DNA of 63,120 bases, counting the filler, from Reclinomonas americana ATCC 50394 (Eukaryota): NCBI GenBank assembly GCA_048213135.1. It is 6 parts of 4 records of this genome, joined end to end, with 100 filler letters (N's around TTAATTAATTAA, not from the genome) between each part and the next. Parts side by side here need not be neighbours in the genome. Positions count along the whole stretch, not along the records: positions 41,415 to 51,568 come from PS015127.1; positions 51,669 to 55,752 come from PS015128.1; 4 more parts are not named here. One strand, 5' to 3'. The translations under genes were made by a program, and so were the position numbers. The notes under the pieces were generated by a model, which worked only from the letters and a program-made list of their open reading frames with translations, had not been told where the DNA came from and ran no database searches. Positions 41,822 through 55,852 of this stretch are shown here, in pieces. Each line of letters opens with the position of its first letter. Positions within the stretch are counted from its first letter, which is position 1.

Positions 41822-44800
41822 TACTCGACGTTTGGTTCGCCATCGGCGGCCGAGTCGCCGAGTGCGCAAGAGGAGGATGCCGACATGGCGGCACATCAGG
41901 CGCCGTCGGCTGTCGGTTCCTCTATCAATCGGCGCACGTTTGAGCGCAGTTTCGTGACAGCGAGCGAGTGTGTGGAGTGACAGCAGGCTCCTGATGGACT
42001 CACGAGTTGCTGCTGCTTCTCAAAGGCCGCAAGCGCACTCTGTTGTCGAGTTATTCGTCTGCGGTGCGTGCGCGTGCAGCGTCGATGGGAGCACTCGGAT
42101 CACCTGGTCCCTCTGGCGACATGCTGTCGGCTGTGACTCCTCCACGAGGCTCCGCCAGTGCGTTTGGGGATGAGGAGCCGTCGCGACCGTCACCAGGTAC
42201 ATGGCGAGATGCGCGTCACGTCGATCAGTGATCAACGTCCGTGACACTAAGAATGCGATGGAATGTGTTTTGTAGGCAAGCGACACGTCGTGTTGTCGGG
42301 TGGGAGCCTCGGGGCGCGCGGCATTCTGGGACGCATCGATTCCGAGATGCTGGTGTCGCGCTTTCCCAACACGTCGCATCTGGATGAGTTTGAGCGAGCG
42401 ATCCCGCGTCGCGCCACCATCACTGTGCTTGCCGATGCAGCGTTTCGTTGACAGTTTGTTGACGGGGAGGGGAGGGCAATCGACAATTCTGACACTCGTG
42501 GAACAGGGGTGTTGCGGCACTGGAGCGTGAGTTGCGCAGCGTGCCGGGCGTGCGACATGTGGCATCTCAGCGGACGAGTGCGGCATCGGGCGTGCAACGG
42601 ACGCTGGTGACGGTCGAGTCGAGTGTCACCGAATTCGGCGGCCCCGGTGAAACCGCACATTATGTGTGCCGCAAGCTGAAGCTGCAAAACGCCGGTGCGT
42701 TTGTATGTGTACTTGCTGACAGAGAGGGAGCGCGTTGACCGACATGTTGTGTTGGTATGGCAGGCGATCCCTTGCAAATGTTCCGCCGCAGTTTTGGTGT
42801 GTGCTGGGGTCCAGCGGGCCAGTTCATGTATCCTGCCATGGCCGCCGTTGGCGCACACGCAGCGGGAGGCAGCAGTGGGGCAGCAGCGGCGGCGGCAGCG
42901 GCGGCGAACAGCAAGGTTGCCGTGTCTGTGATGGCGCGCTCACGTCTTCGTGCGTGTCCGACTCGCCTGCCGAGTTTCGTGGCACTTCTGTGTTTCCATG
43001 TTGATGTGTTGCTTGTCTCACGCATTGTACTCGCACGCAGCACCCGCTGGCCTGCAGCTCCCACTGCCGCAGCCCGACGACCACATTGTGGAGCGTGTGC
43101 ATCTCAGCATGGCCGAGCATTCACTCATCGAGCCAGTGGAAGACGAGCGCTCTGGTCGCCGAACTGTGCGCGCGCTGCACTGCTTGGCACCGGCGTCGTT
43201 TGTCGGCTACTTGAAGGTTGTGCAGAGGAGCTCTGACGCGCTGCGTGAGGGTGCACCTGTCGCCACGCAATATGCGGCGTACTTGCGTCACGAGGTCAAC
43301 CTGTGGTACTTGCTGGAGGCGCTGTTTTGTGATCGCGGCGTACTCGCAGCCTCGCAGTCTGCTCCTCTTGGTGCGTTTTTTCTTTGTGAGAATGACGGTG
43401 TTTGTGTCCTGTCGACTGACCGTGGCGCAGATGAATACTCGGAGCGTGTGCTGCGGCAAGAGCACGTGAAAAAGTGGCTGTGCTTGGCCGGCCAAAGGGC
43501 ACTCGAGCGTGCTCACGGGTTCTCGCCCGTGTCGGACACTCAGCAAATCTACGTGCACTTGGCCGTCGGTCGAGTTGCCGAAGCCATGACAGTGGTGCGT
43601 GGGTGTCATGCGTGCGTCTTCAACACCTCCATTACTGACTTGGTTGTGAAAGGCATTGCGCTCCGGCAACCCGCGCCTGGCCACACTGGTTGCGTCTGCC
43701 ACTCATCACTCGCCGCATGTGCGACAGCTGGTGGCGAAGCAGCTGGAGATGTGGCACGAGACTGGACGCGAGGCGTATGTCGACGAGGATTTGTGGCGTG
43801 CGTACGAACTGCTGGGTGGTACGGTGAGGATGCCGACAGTCGCGCCACTGGTGGACTGGAAGCACAATTTCTGCATGCATCTGCTGTACTCGGCACCACG
43901 TCACGATGCGCGAGAACTGGCCGACTCCGTCACCAAGTACTCGGGTCTGGTGAGAACAGGGGACGCCATTCGACCTGTGCCGTTTTACGCCGAGGTACGC
44001 TCGCTCTGCTGAAATCTGGGGAGACAAGAAAAGATGCTCACGCACCCGCATTTTCGTGTGGTGCGCAGTGGTCGGCAGGACGGGCTGCTGGTGGTGACGG
44101 CAGCCGCGGTGGTGCAGAGGACGCACTGTTCCACATTCTGCGTGCCTACACTTGCAACAATGGAGAAGAGTTGCGGGCCGCTTCCGTCGCAGCCGTTGAT
44201 GTTAAAGTGGTCAGTGCTGACTCCATGTTGCGCGTGTGTGCAGGTGGCCAGAGATGGCGAATCGCATTCTGCACTCGTTGTCGCACTCGCCGCACCCGCT
44301 GGACTATTCGCTGCCGTGGCATGTCATGGCTGTTTTGTTGCAGCGCGTGATGCCGCGCGATGGCTACAACTTCCCCATTGATGTCGAGATTCAAGATCTT
44401 GTCACTGCCAGGTTCACGCATACACTCACTCGCACGAAGTTGGTTCATGTCGATGCTCATGTTTTTTGTCATTTTTTGCAGTTTTGTGGAACAGCTGGAG
44501 ATCATGGAGTCGCCGAACAGCTGGCCGCTTGCGGTGTTTGTGGCCATGCATGTGTCATCTCATCTGAGGTACGTGTCTCTCACACCCTTGTCGTCATGCT
44601 TGTGCCACATTGGTTGATCACGTGCTCGGATGCAGACGCGAGCACCTCGTGCGAAGCATTCTCTCTCGCCACGTCCAACTCGGCAGTCGTACGGCTCTGT
44701 TGGACGACAACGATATCTTTGTGGTTGACCAGCTTGGCGTGCCGGTCGAGTGGATTCACGAAGCCAAGGTTCTGTTTCTCTCCCCTGTGTGCTGATATTT

Positions 44801-45790
44801 GTCGGCTCCCTCAACTCAAAAATGTATGGCAGGCATGGCGGGCGCGTATCGAGCATAGCGATCGTTTCCGGTTGCTGGAGGTCGATCATCTGCGGGAGTG
44901 CGGTCAGCTGGAGGAGGCCCTTGCCGTGTTCATGCCGTACGCCGTACGGCAGGTGGTTCTCGGGAATCGGTCGACCGTGAAAGACTACCTCTCCAGCTTG
45001 GTGGAGGCGTGTCGCTTCTCGGTTTGTCACACACACACACGCACACCGATCGCCCTTGTGCATGGTTGCGTGGACTCAATGCGTGGCTTGTGCGCGCAGG
45101 GACGGCCGATTGTGGGAAGCAGCCGCGCGGTGGATCTGTTGTGTTATCTGCGAATGGTCCAGTGGACCGACTTGGATGACTTGCTCAGGGTACGTTTTCC
45201 ATCACTCCACTTGTTCACATGCACTGCTTCCCTCGCTCGTCGTTCACTGTGTATATGTATGCGTGCGCGTAGAATACTCCCGACGTCGTACGGCACCTGT
45301 TGGACAGTGCGGTCGACGCCGGTAGCGATGCTGTCACGTTCATCCGACGTGTTCTCGATCGGCTGCGAGTGTGGGACGAGGAGGTGGCGCACAAATTCAA
45401 TCGCGATGTCAAGCGGAGCACGAATCTTCGGCAGTCGCTCCCGGACCGCGGCGAGTTGAATGGCGTGGTGGTGGCGCACCTGGAGCGTGATATGGGGTTC
45501 GAGCGGTGAGTTTGCTGACACCTCTTCATGTTGTCGACTTTCCCCTCACACGCGCGATGTGCAGCGCGTGTGTCGAGCTAATGGTGGGGTTCTTCACGGA
45601 CTTGGAGTTCCGCGCGGTATCGCACGTGCGCGAGCCAATTGTTGCGTTTCCTTTGTCTCCCATCTCGCCCGTCCACCTCTGGAGGTATGCTGATGTCTGT
45701 GTAGGAGCGCTCACGCGGACTGGAGGAGTTCTCGAGAAATCTGGTTCTGTTGCCGCTGGGATCACACACATCGGCACGAGCGATGGATGA
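41822..45790 (+). CDS. NUP98: Nup96 moiety of Nup98-Nup96
   Basis: FRRSFGVCWGPAG, WYLLEALF, ALRSGNPRLATLV, KQLEMW, YELLGG, DWKHNFCMHLLY, PLDYSLPWH, LGVPVEWIHEAKA; first visible exon opens at a TAG acceptor (41821), not at a start codon. Confidence 0.88.
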
Positions 45791-45883
45791 GTTGTTTGTG
45801 CAATTGTGTTCGGCATGAGTAGATAGATGAATGAAAAACAACTATAGCGAATCATATCGAGGCTTGTCTGTACACATTCTTGT

Positions 45884-47429
45884 CTATTCTTCCTTCATGT
45901 GCGGCTGTAATCGCCACCGCACCAACAGCATGGTGAGACTGAAGATGGTGGTGATTAGGACGCCGGTGCCAAACACAATCAGTTCCGTGCCTGGGTTGGC
46001 CATTGTGAAGAGTCGAATGCCAATGTCCCAGTCCCAACTGTGTGACGCGTGTGAGAAAACAGGGTGCGAGTGGAGTGAAAAGGCGGGGGAGTGACGAAAC
46101 TTGCTCTCCACCGTGGTCGGCTTGCTGCTGTCGGCAACAAAGAAGCGACCGTTTTCGTAGTCCCAGTCAATGCCAGNNNNNNNNNNNNNNNNNNNNCGAA
46201 CATGACCTGGCGGCGAGCCCGAGTTGCTCGCAGTGGCTGCGTGAAACAAGGGAAAGAAATGATCAGCAGTGCTCGACTGCGCGACGATGCAAGAGTCGTC
46301 GCAACGTCGCTGTTCAGCGCATACGCTGCGGCCAGCGCGGCAATGGCGCCAGACAAGTTGCCCTCGGCGCCAGTGGCAAGCGAATGGAAGAAGCCGGTGG
46401 CATCAAAGTTGCTGGTGACCATGACTGTGTACGGTGACATCACAGTGTGAGAGCCACCCCAGTCGCCATCATCTCGCTCGCAACACGACTCAACTAATGT
46501 CGTCATATGGCGTGCTGCTGGCGGGCGACGCTGCAGATCCCCACACGCCCCACACCGAGTTGCCGCCGACCGGCTGACACGTGCCGTAGTCGAGACACTC
46601 GGTCGACGACTGACCCATCGAGTTCATCACGCTGTGGAACTCGGCACCATTGACCGGCGGCATCATGCCGCGTCGATCGTTCTCCTGCGCCCGTTGCACC
46701 ACATCGATTCCCGTGGCATCGTCGAGCTGGAAGATCGGCACACGGAACGCCATGCCGCTCAGGCCGTTGCCCTGTGAATGCACGAAGAGCAGCTGAGAAG
46801 TGAACGAATTTGATGGGCTGCTGTGAGACAAGCGCACCACCGGATTCCACTGCGGCACCCGCGTCGGGTTCTTGGGCATCAGTGTGCGTCCGTACTGATT
46901 GGCCGTGGAGAACGCTGGTGTAACATGTGAGCGAGCGACAAGAGGCACACATGCAGACAGCGACACCGAACTGACGAGGCTCTTGGCGGTGCCCGGCAAC
47001 ACCATGACGCCCGCCACCTTCTGCTCCATCTGCGCCTGATTGCTGGCATACACACTCGCAAAACTGCTCTCCCACTCCATGAGCAACACACACGCATGCA
47101 CACAAAGGAGCATGACGGCGCAACTCGACCAAGAACGACGGCGGAATGACCCACGCATACTGCTCATACTGCGTCAGTCGCAGCACCTGCTCCGCCACAG
47201 TGCGATTGGCCACCAACACCAGTGGTCCGTACTGTGAGTCCTCCAGTGCCGAGCAGCCAAAGCCCACTGCACCGTCGGCCAACCACGCACACTCCACCGC
47301 CGAGGGAGCATGCACCTCGGTGTACACTGCGCGGTACAGAGCGTTGTCCTTGCCGCTGGCCACCTGCTGTGCGTGTGTCGCCCCGACAAGGAGCAGCAGC
47401 ACTGCCAGTGACAAGAGCACAGCGCGCAT
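45884..47429 (-). CDS. NCSTN: Nicastrin (gamma-secretase subunit), middle missing in a 20-N gap
   Basis: Signal peptide; WNPVGNGL..F..PIF; CQPVGGNSVW; FDATGFFHSLATGAE..SG..A.LAAA.AL; C-terminal VESNW...IRLF followed by one TM helix. Confidence 0.88.
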
Positions 47430-47655
47430 GATGGGAACGAAGGGCAGTGGTGTCCTGTGCGCCCGCGCGTGCACATTGACTGCGTCTGACTGAACAGTGC
47501 GAGTGCAGGTGCGTCACACACGCTGCGTGTTGTCCTCTCGTGCGTGCGTGCGAGTGAGAGTGCATGCGTGTGCGCGCGTTTCTCCGACATGTTGCGCGCC
47601 AACTCTCACACACACGCACTTGTCACACACAGAGAGCTTTGTGTTGTGCGAGAAC

Positions 47656-50600
47656 ATGGACCTCCCGCATGTGTTGCGTCGTGATGCTCTCCTCTCGCCC
47701 CTCTCTTGCATGCGCTCACACACGCGCACGCAGCTCATTGAGCACACCTCCGCTGCTGCAATGGCGAGAGCGTGACATCTCTGCGCACCTGCGATCGTAT
47801 GCCGACGAGTCGCGACGCGAGCTTATCTTTGCGGTGCACGATCCGCAAACGCACACTACGGTGTTCTCGGCCTTGTCGTACGCAGCGGCCGCGGATGGTG
47901 GAGCCTCGTCGAGTGTGATGGCTCGGCGGAGGCGACAGAAGCTGCCGGTGGTCTCCTCGAGTGGATCGCTGGCGGCGGCCGCGGCCTCGGCAGCCTCGGC
48001 AGCGCCAGGCACAGGTGCGCTTGCGTGTTGGTGCGGTCGCTCTCCCACCTGGTGCAGTTACTGATGATGGTCGCGGAGCACAGCACCGGATGATGAAGTG
48101 GTGATTCCGTCGCTGGTCGGCGAGTTCCCCGTGGTGCTCTCCGACGATGTGCTGGTCGCACGCAACGGACGACCTGACCCGTTGCTCGTACGGTGTGTGT
48201 CCTTGTGAGGTGCGCGTTGTTCGTCAGTCGCTCATGTTGTCCGTCGCGTTGTTGCAGCTACGCTCCCGATCACAGTCTCCTGTGCATCGTGTCGACCACG
48301 ACCGAGATTGTTGCGCTACTGTTTTGCTGTGATTCACTCGCTGCTTGGTCTCACGCACATACACACACAATGTACGCAGCTCTTTGTGGACTGCCAGCGA
48401 CCGGAGCACTTTGTGCACCAGTGCAAACCGATCATTGGTGTGCACTGGCTGGACTCGGCGCACATTGTCATCATCACGTCGACGGCCATTGAGGTGCACC
48501 GCGTGGAAGCGCGCAAGCAGCGACTGAAGCGCATCGAGGCCACCGACATTAATGTGCTGTGGTACATTTGGAGTCCGCACCTGCCGCAACCGTCGGTGCC
48601 GATGCCCTCCAACACGGCCGTGCATCCCGTGTCGGCTCACATGCACCAAGTTGCGCCAACGTGTAGCCGCCGCGCCCATGCGCAGTGAGCTGACAAACGA
48701 GTGTGTGCGTGCAGTATGCACGGCAAAACATGGCAGCGGCGGCCGACGCACAGGGTGTTCCGTCGCAGAGCATTCTCATTCTGGTGCCCGCCGACCCGAA
48801 GGCACAGACGCTGCGACCGTACATGATTACGGCGCCGAAGAAGAAGCCGATTACGAAAATGTCTCGTGTGCACCTGGTTCGTTGTGCATTCAGAACGATC
48901 GTTGCCGCCAACGCTCCTGGTATTGTCTCTCATCACTGCGATGTAGGAGGTGGCCGACAGCCGGCTGGTGGTGATACCGGAGCATCTGTGGATTGTGCAG
49001 CTGTACGGCGACGTGTATCTGATCCATGCCGACTTGCTGGCCGATGTGCGAGTCGGGGAGACTGCCGGCCAACCAACATTGGCCAACTCGCGAAGTGTGT
49101 CGACGCCCGACCGCGGTGCGCCAACCTCGTCGACCGGCCAGTCGTTGCATCTGCATCGGTTGAGTCGGGAGGCGCCACAACGCGCCTGCACGCTCTTCCT
49201 GCTCGACACGCATCCACTGCGCATCTCGGTGGTGGACAATCTCCTGCTCGTGCATGCCATTGATTCAAGTGTTTGTGGCCATTGGCGCTCTCTTTACGGT
49301 TTTGGCTCGTTACTCACGTCCTCGCGTGTGCTTCCGTTCTGTGCAGCGCACCACCATTTTCGACATTCGCACCTCGCTGGCGCCCATTGCACCACCATCC
49401 TCCATTGCGCCCTATGTTCTCATCAGCAATCCAGACACAGTTGGGGGCAGTGGCAGTGGCGGCGGCGGTGGCAGTCCCGACAGGTCTCACTTCTCTTTCC
49501 CTCGCTTCCACAATGTATACATGTGGCTGACCCTGTCGATATGTGCGTGCAGCGCGAGTGGAAGCAGCGCGGCTGGGGCAAGTGGCACGGCGGGTGTGTC
49601 CATGTTGGGTGCCGGCTGGGCTGCCGGCGGACTCCGTGGCGTTGGTGCCGCACCTGGCATTGAGCTCTGTTGCGTTTGCTCATTTGCGCCAGCGCGTGTG
49701 TGTATGTTCGTGATACAGCTGCGCCTGACATTATCACCAGACTCGAAGCGGTGGATCTTCCTGCTGCCAAACTTGGTGCTCGATCCCGGCATCGGCTGCT
49801 TGTGGGAGATTCAGCTCAACCTGGCCGAGTTGACCATGAGTTTCCAGAACAAGATCAATGCGGTCTGCATCCACCTCAATACTTGTGTGATTTGTCGCCC
49901 GTCAGACTTATGGATCGTCTGCAGATCGAGTTCCTCGTCAAGAGGCGCGGCGGCAAGGCACTGGTGATGGAAGTCATGCGCAACGTGCTGGAGGACAAGT
50001 ACCCGCTGCACATTGTGTCGTCCGTGTTTGACATGCTGAATCGAATCTACTACAGTGCCGTGTTGCACTAGTGCGTCCGCCACGAGCAAGACAGAGTGCG
50101 AGAGGCAAGCTGTCGTTCTTACTCTTTCGCTCCACCGCAGTGTCCGTATCTCGGAGATTAGTGCACGCGGCGCGGATCCCGCCGCCTTGGTGTCGTCGTA
50201 CTTTTTGGGTCAATCAGCCGATCCAGAGCAAGGAATCGAGAAGAATAGTGTGCTGACCGAGGCGTCGGGGTATGTGGTCGTGGAGGAGCTCGACATGTAC
50301 AAGGACGTGTTTGTCGTGCTCGAAGAGGTTTGTCAGCAGCGCTCTGACGCGCCGCCTGTCTCCTCCCCTGTTTCTCACTGCGCTGGTGGACGGAGTGCAG
50401 CACATCAGCATTGGCTACTTTGTGTGCGCTGTCACCGAGTACGTGAGGAGTCTGCACTCGTTCCGCCTGCCGGTGCACATTTGCCTGGAGCAGTTCTTGA
50501 TCTCCGTGCTGGTGAAGAATCGGCGGCATCACATTTTGCACCAGTTCCTGCAGTATCACGTCATCAGGTGTGCCAATGCGAGTATGAGAGAGTCAATGTA

Positions 50601-51507
50601 TGATGAGAACTGACGCCGCCACTGTGCAGTGACTCGGAGCCCATTGCGTTGCAGCTGCTGTCGCTGGAGAACGAGTACCCACCAGCGTACCAGGTTCGTG
50701 GGACGTGTTTGAATCGCACAGCGGCTGAATTTTGTGGTGACTCATTGATTGTGTAGCTGGGCATCGACATGCTGTGCCGCTTGCCGCGCTACGAGCAACT
50801 GGTGGACATGCTCCTGTCGCACAGGCAGGTTCACCGTGCCATGACTGTGACCGATCGCTTCCTCTCCGATGTGTCGGTGAAACTCGTCCCGCCGGCGGCA
50901 CCGGTGAGTGAGCCGTCCTTGGGTTAATTACCGCTGTCGATTCTCACTGTATGTGTCCGTGTGCGTGCAGCCTGCGGACACTGGTCTCGGCAACTCCGTG
51001 TCAGCAGCGGCGGCTTCGATGGCCGGCAATTCGATGGCCCACGTGGCCGAGCATGCAATGTTTGACGATCACACAATGTTTGCCGGTTCACCGCAGCCGG
51101 TGGCGCCCAATCGAGTCAGTCGGCAGAGCATCATGATGAACGTGCGCTCGCCTGTTCATCCGCATCAGTTCCTGCAGGCCGCCGTCGAGACCAATGACAA
51201 GCGGTTCGTGTGTATTGTGTGGTTGTTTTTTTGTCACTTGATGTGTGTTCTCACTGCGTGATGCACAGCATCTTCTTCAACACATACATGTATTGCCTGC
51301 GAGACTATGGCGCCGGCCTGCATCGCGATGACGGTGTGTGTTGTGATCGTTGTTATCCCTTATGCTGCTCCCACTCGTGCGCTGACATTCGTGCTTTACT
51401 TGGCAGACGATCCAATGGCCGAGTATCGACTGCGCGAGGAGATTGGTTGCAGCGAGTTCGAGGATTTGTTCCGTGTATGGTTCCTCGAGCGCGGCAACAC
51501 CAAATAG
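47656..51507 (+). CDS. RMC1: Regulator of MON1-CCZ1 complex (RMC1/MIC1/C18orf8)
   Basis: ELYSKRWIFLLPN..LDP..GCLWEI; TEYVRSL; LHQFLQYHVISDSEPIALQLLSLENEYPPAYQLGIDMLCRL. Confidence 0.9.
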
Positions 51508-51568
51508 GCGGCGCGAGAGAGAGTGAAAAAATATAAACGGGTAATCGAGAAGTGATTTGTTCATCTTG

Positions 51569-51668
51569 NNNNNNNNNNNNNNNNNNNNNNNNNNNNNNNN
51601 NNNNNNNNNNNNTTAATTAATTAANNNNNNNNNNNNNNNNNNNNNNNNNNNNNNNNNNNNNNNNNNNN
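51569..51668. other. Artificial scaffold linker 44N-TTAATTAATTAA-44N
   Basis: Same 100-bp structure. Confidence 0.97.
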
Positions 51669-51694
51669 GGGAGAAGGGAGGAAGAGGGGGAGGG

Positions 51695-51735
<41 letters not shown>

Positions 51736-52040
51736 GGGAGGGAGAGAGGAGAGTAATCAATGCAGCGATCTGTTTCCGAAAGTTTCATGACTGCCTTCAG
51801 CCTTCGTGGCAGCTTGTTTTCTGCGTCTCCCTCAGTCTATCTTTCTCTTCCTCCTCCTCCTCTTCCTCCTCCTTTCCTTATTCTTCTTCTTCTTCTTCTT
51901 CGTTGCCTTTCTGTCTTCATGTCTCTACTGTTCTTGTTGGCGCACCCTTCGCACTTTCTCTCTCTCAGTCCCTCTCTGAGTCTCTCGTCTGGATTCGTTC
52001 ATCTCTCGTCCCTCGCAGCCGCTCATTCCTCCCGCTTTCG

Positions 52041-52072
<32 letters not shown>

Positions 52073-52133
52073 TCATGTGCCAACCCTCTTTCTCCCTTTC
52101 CCACTCACTCTCTCTCCCTCTCCCTCCCCGCAG

Positions 52134-53520
52134 AACCCCCTTTATCTTCCAGGCCGCGGCCTCCAATTCGACGCACCTGCAATGGTGCCTCTCGGGCTAT
52201 GCTTGCAGCGCTGGCATTCAGTGGGACCTCACGCTGAAGGATGCGAACACCATGGAGTTTACTGTGCTCTTCCCGCCGCCAGTGGCGCACGCGTACGTCG
52301 TGCTGAAGCGTGTGGCCGATGCGCCGCCGGTGCCCGTCGGCACGCCCATGCACTGCAATTTCACCCGTGCGCACGAGGAGCCACGGCCAGTGGAGGGCGG
52401 CTGCCCGTTCCATGCGATGAAGAAGGCCGCTAATCGGGCCACGATGGATGCGGCGACCGTAGTGCAGCTGCAGGCCAATCAGGAGGCGACGCCGGTGGAG
52501 GTGCCGACGTGGACTGGCGACTACAACTTTTGCGTGGTGCTGAATCGCGCCGTGGACGCGCGACTGCAGTGGACGGTGCACGAGGATACCAAGTTGCGTG
52601 CACGCGGCGTGTCTGATGAGGGGCACAGGGCTGAACTGGCTTTTTCTCGGCACAGGATGCTGGATGTGGCGTTTTCTGTGCGCGGCGATGTGATGACCAA
52701 CTGGGTGTTGCGTAGTGGGAGGAGCGGCCTGCATTTTCACTTTGTCTTTCCCTCTCCCTGTTTTCTTTTCCTCCTCCTCTTCTGCGACTCACGATGAGCA
52801 GAGAGAGAAGGCAGAGGAGGAAGACGACGAAGGAGCAAGAGAAAGCAAGAGAATGACGACTGCAGAAGAAGAAGAAGAAGGAAGAGGAGAGGGAGGAGGA
52901 GGAGCAGAAGAAGGTGGTCTGCAGAGGCGTCCTCTCTCTTTCCCCTTTCCCTCCCCTTCCTCCTCCCCCTGTGGTTCAAGATAAGCTGCAGTGTGGAGAC
53001 GTTCACCTCACTTCCTCCCCTTTCCCTTTCTACAGTGGCTTCGGCTTCTCACCGGCCTTCCCGGGCATGATTGACGCCGACGTGGTGATTGGCTACCTCA
53101 TCAACGGCGACGCCAACCAGCAGTGCGTGCGCAGCATGTATACACGCGACTATGTCGGCATGCCGTACGACGACACCTCCATGCCGCTGACGCAGACTGG
53201 CGTGCAGTATTCTGCGTCGTCGGGCACCTACACGCTCATGTTCTCGCGCTCCCTGGCCTCGGGCCACCACAGCATTCCGGTGCACGTGCCGCCGTTCCCC
53301 AACTACGAGCCCTAGTGCGTCCACGAAACATACTCAAGTGTCTCTTGTCTTTCTATTGACCTTGTGTTGTTCTTGCAGCCTAATCATGTGGGCGACGGGC
53401 GGCGGTCCGGTTGGGTCGTGCACGGGCGCCAAGCTCAACTACCACAGCATCTTCCGCGGTGTGCGTGCCATGGACTGGACGACGCCCAGCAATGTGTTCC
53501 CGAAGGACATGTTTTGCTGA
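52134..53520 (+). CDS. DOMON-domain protein (5' partial)
   Basis: RLQWTV, spliced WVGFGFS...GMIDADVVIG, LMFSRSL, YLIMWATG, LNYH (Met/His positions typical of heme-binding DOMON). Confidence 0.8.
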
Positions 53521-53641
53521 GTGTCACCCCCCGAACTCGTTCTTTTTTCGTGAGTGGAATACATTAATACTTTATGAAGATGGCGAATCAGCAATACAAC
53601 AGTTGTGTGGGGGTAGGGTTAATCTTTGCAGCGCGCTCCAC

Positions 53642-55586
53642 TCAGAAGAGGGAAATGGAGCGCGCGTGAGACGAGCGACTGGGGCTCGATAATGACTGGT
53701 GCAGGCGGGCAGAGCCACCACCTCCACCAGCGGCAGCAGTCGGCGACGACCGTAACATCGACGACGACGATGATGGGGAGATCGCCGCCGCTACTGCTCC
53801 TGCTGTGCGTGTGCGCAGCAGACCGGTGCCAGACGCCGCCAGGGCTGCCAACGTTCCAAGCGCTCGCAACCTACTGGCGGCATCGGGGGCGATACAAGAG
53901 GCCGAACTCGGGTACGCCGGTAGGCGAGGGACACGGCGCCGTGCCACTGCACGACCTTCGCCTTGCGCACGACTGCTGGCGCGCGCACTGGCGTGAGCGG
54001 CCAACGAGAGATGCGAGCAGTGCGCCGAGTCGCGAATCTCGGCCGTGGGTATCATGCGATCAAAGCGCACCACCATCACTCCGTCGTGGAACGACACACC
54101 ACGGCTGCGTGTCGCTGGCGGTGGTGGTGGTACATCAAGGGAGGGAGCGGCACTGCCGTCGGCATCGGCATGCGTGCACGGTGACGCCGCGTCGGCGCCA
54201 CTGCCGCTGCCGGAGCCACACGACGCGGCGGCGGCCAGCAGCTCGTCACTCGCCTCCGCCGCATTCTCGTCGACAGCGGGGGTGACGGCAGCAGCCGCGG
54301 CCGCTGCAGCCTCAGCCTTTTTCTGCGCATGCACGAGCGGCGAGCTAATGACGACCCGTGGTGACGACCCACTGTTGCCGCTGCTGCTGCTGCGCAGCGG
54401 CGATGCCACCAGCTCGCCATCGTCCGCCGCCACCATCGACATGTCGAGAAAGAGTCGGCCGCGAGGACCCGATCCCAACACTGTCGTGTTGGGGGTCGTC
54501 GACGTTGTTGTTGTCGACGTGGCGGGTGGGGGTGGCGGTGGGGGAGGTGGCGGCGAGGGTGCCCAGAGGGGTGGTAATGGGGGTGCGGGGGAGCGGCGCG
54601 CGGGAGGTGACGCGGGGGAGCGAGGAGCTGCGGAAAGGGAGAGGGGTGAAAGGGGAAGGGATGAGAAAAGGGAGAACGGGGAAGGGAGGGAAGGGGGAAG
54701 GGAGGGAAGGGAGAGGAAAGGGGAAAAGAGTGAAGGAGAGCGAGTGAAGGAGAGGGAGAATATGAGAGCCAATGAAAAACTCACGCACACACACGCACTC
54801 TCTCACTCTGTACGTGCGTCCCTCTCTCCCTCTCCCCCCTCTCTCAAGAAGGGGACAGGGAGAGGAGGAAGGAACGCCGCAGGGAGATGCGAGAGCGGTT
54901 CAACGATGAAAAGGAAACAAAAGGGAACAGCGGTTGATGCAGGATACCAGTGGACTGACGTAAGCGCGACAGTGAACGAGAGAGAATGCGTCATGTTGAA
55001 GGAAGGACGAGAAGACAAATGGCTGAGCGCCACGCCCACTCACCATGCAGGCCATCTAGTCTTCCTTGGCCGCTAGTTCGAGAGCTGGCCGGAGAGACGG
55101 ATGCTGCAGAGGGAAGAGAGAAGAGAAAAAGTGAGCGACTGGAGAGAAAAGAAAACAGACGAGCGGACACGATGAAAAACGCAACAAGCAAGGACCCGAG
55201 ACGCTGTTGGTGACGACAAGCCTGCACCAAGGGAATCAGAGACACACCACGCAAAGAGATAGTGGCACAGACAAACCATCAGCAGCACCCTGTCTCCTCA
55301 ACACCGCATGCTGCTCGCCCGAGCTCACACGCGCCACCATCAACGCCGCCGCCTCACTCGCCGACACACCTGTCTTGCCCGTCACCAACGGCGATGACGA
55401 CGACGATGACAACGATGCGGGCGAGCGCAGAACACTCAGCGGATTGCTCATCCAGTGCTTACTCCGCGGTGATTTGGACGGCGACACTGGCGGCACCTGC
55501 TGCTGCTGCTGCTCGTCCTTCAGCAGCAGCGATGCCAGTGAGGAGGTCGAGGAGGAGGGCGAGAGGCTCAGGGTGGGCGATGACAT
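53642..55586 (-). CDS. Ser/Pro/Ala-rich low-complexity hypothetical protein with RVxF-like motif (RGVSF)
   Basis: Long GC-rich open exon 54628-53642 and first exon from ATG 55586; no recognisable domain. Confidence 0.5.
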
Positions 55587-55752
55587 GGTTTGGGGGCGGC
55601 TGTGGAGAGGGAAAGGGAGTGGGTTGGAGTGAGGCGAAGAGGGGGAGAGGAGAAGGCGAGGGAAAGAAGAGTGTGAATGAGCAAGAGTCAGACATTCTGG
55701 TTGTTCAATGGATAGATACCAGGAGGGCAAGAGAGTGACTGCGAGCTGTGTG

Positions 55753-55852
55753 NNNNNNNNNNNNNNNNNNNNNNNNNNNNNNNNNNNNNNNNNNNNTTAA
55801 TTAATTAANNNNNNNNNNNNNNNNNNNNNNNNNNNNNNNNNNNNNNNNNNNN
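55753..55852. other. Artificial scaffold linker 44N-TTAATTAATTAA-44N
   Basis: Same 100-bp structure. Confidence 0.97.

Noticed and set aside
41822-45790. Nup96 as a separate gene from Nup98 starting at ATG 41886
   Set aside because: The frame is open upstream to a TAG acceptor at 41821 and the adjacent contig carries an intact HFS autoproteolytic domain, so a single precursor is more parsimonious.
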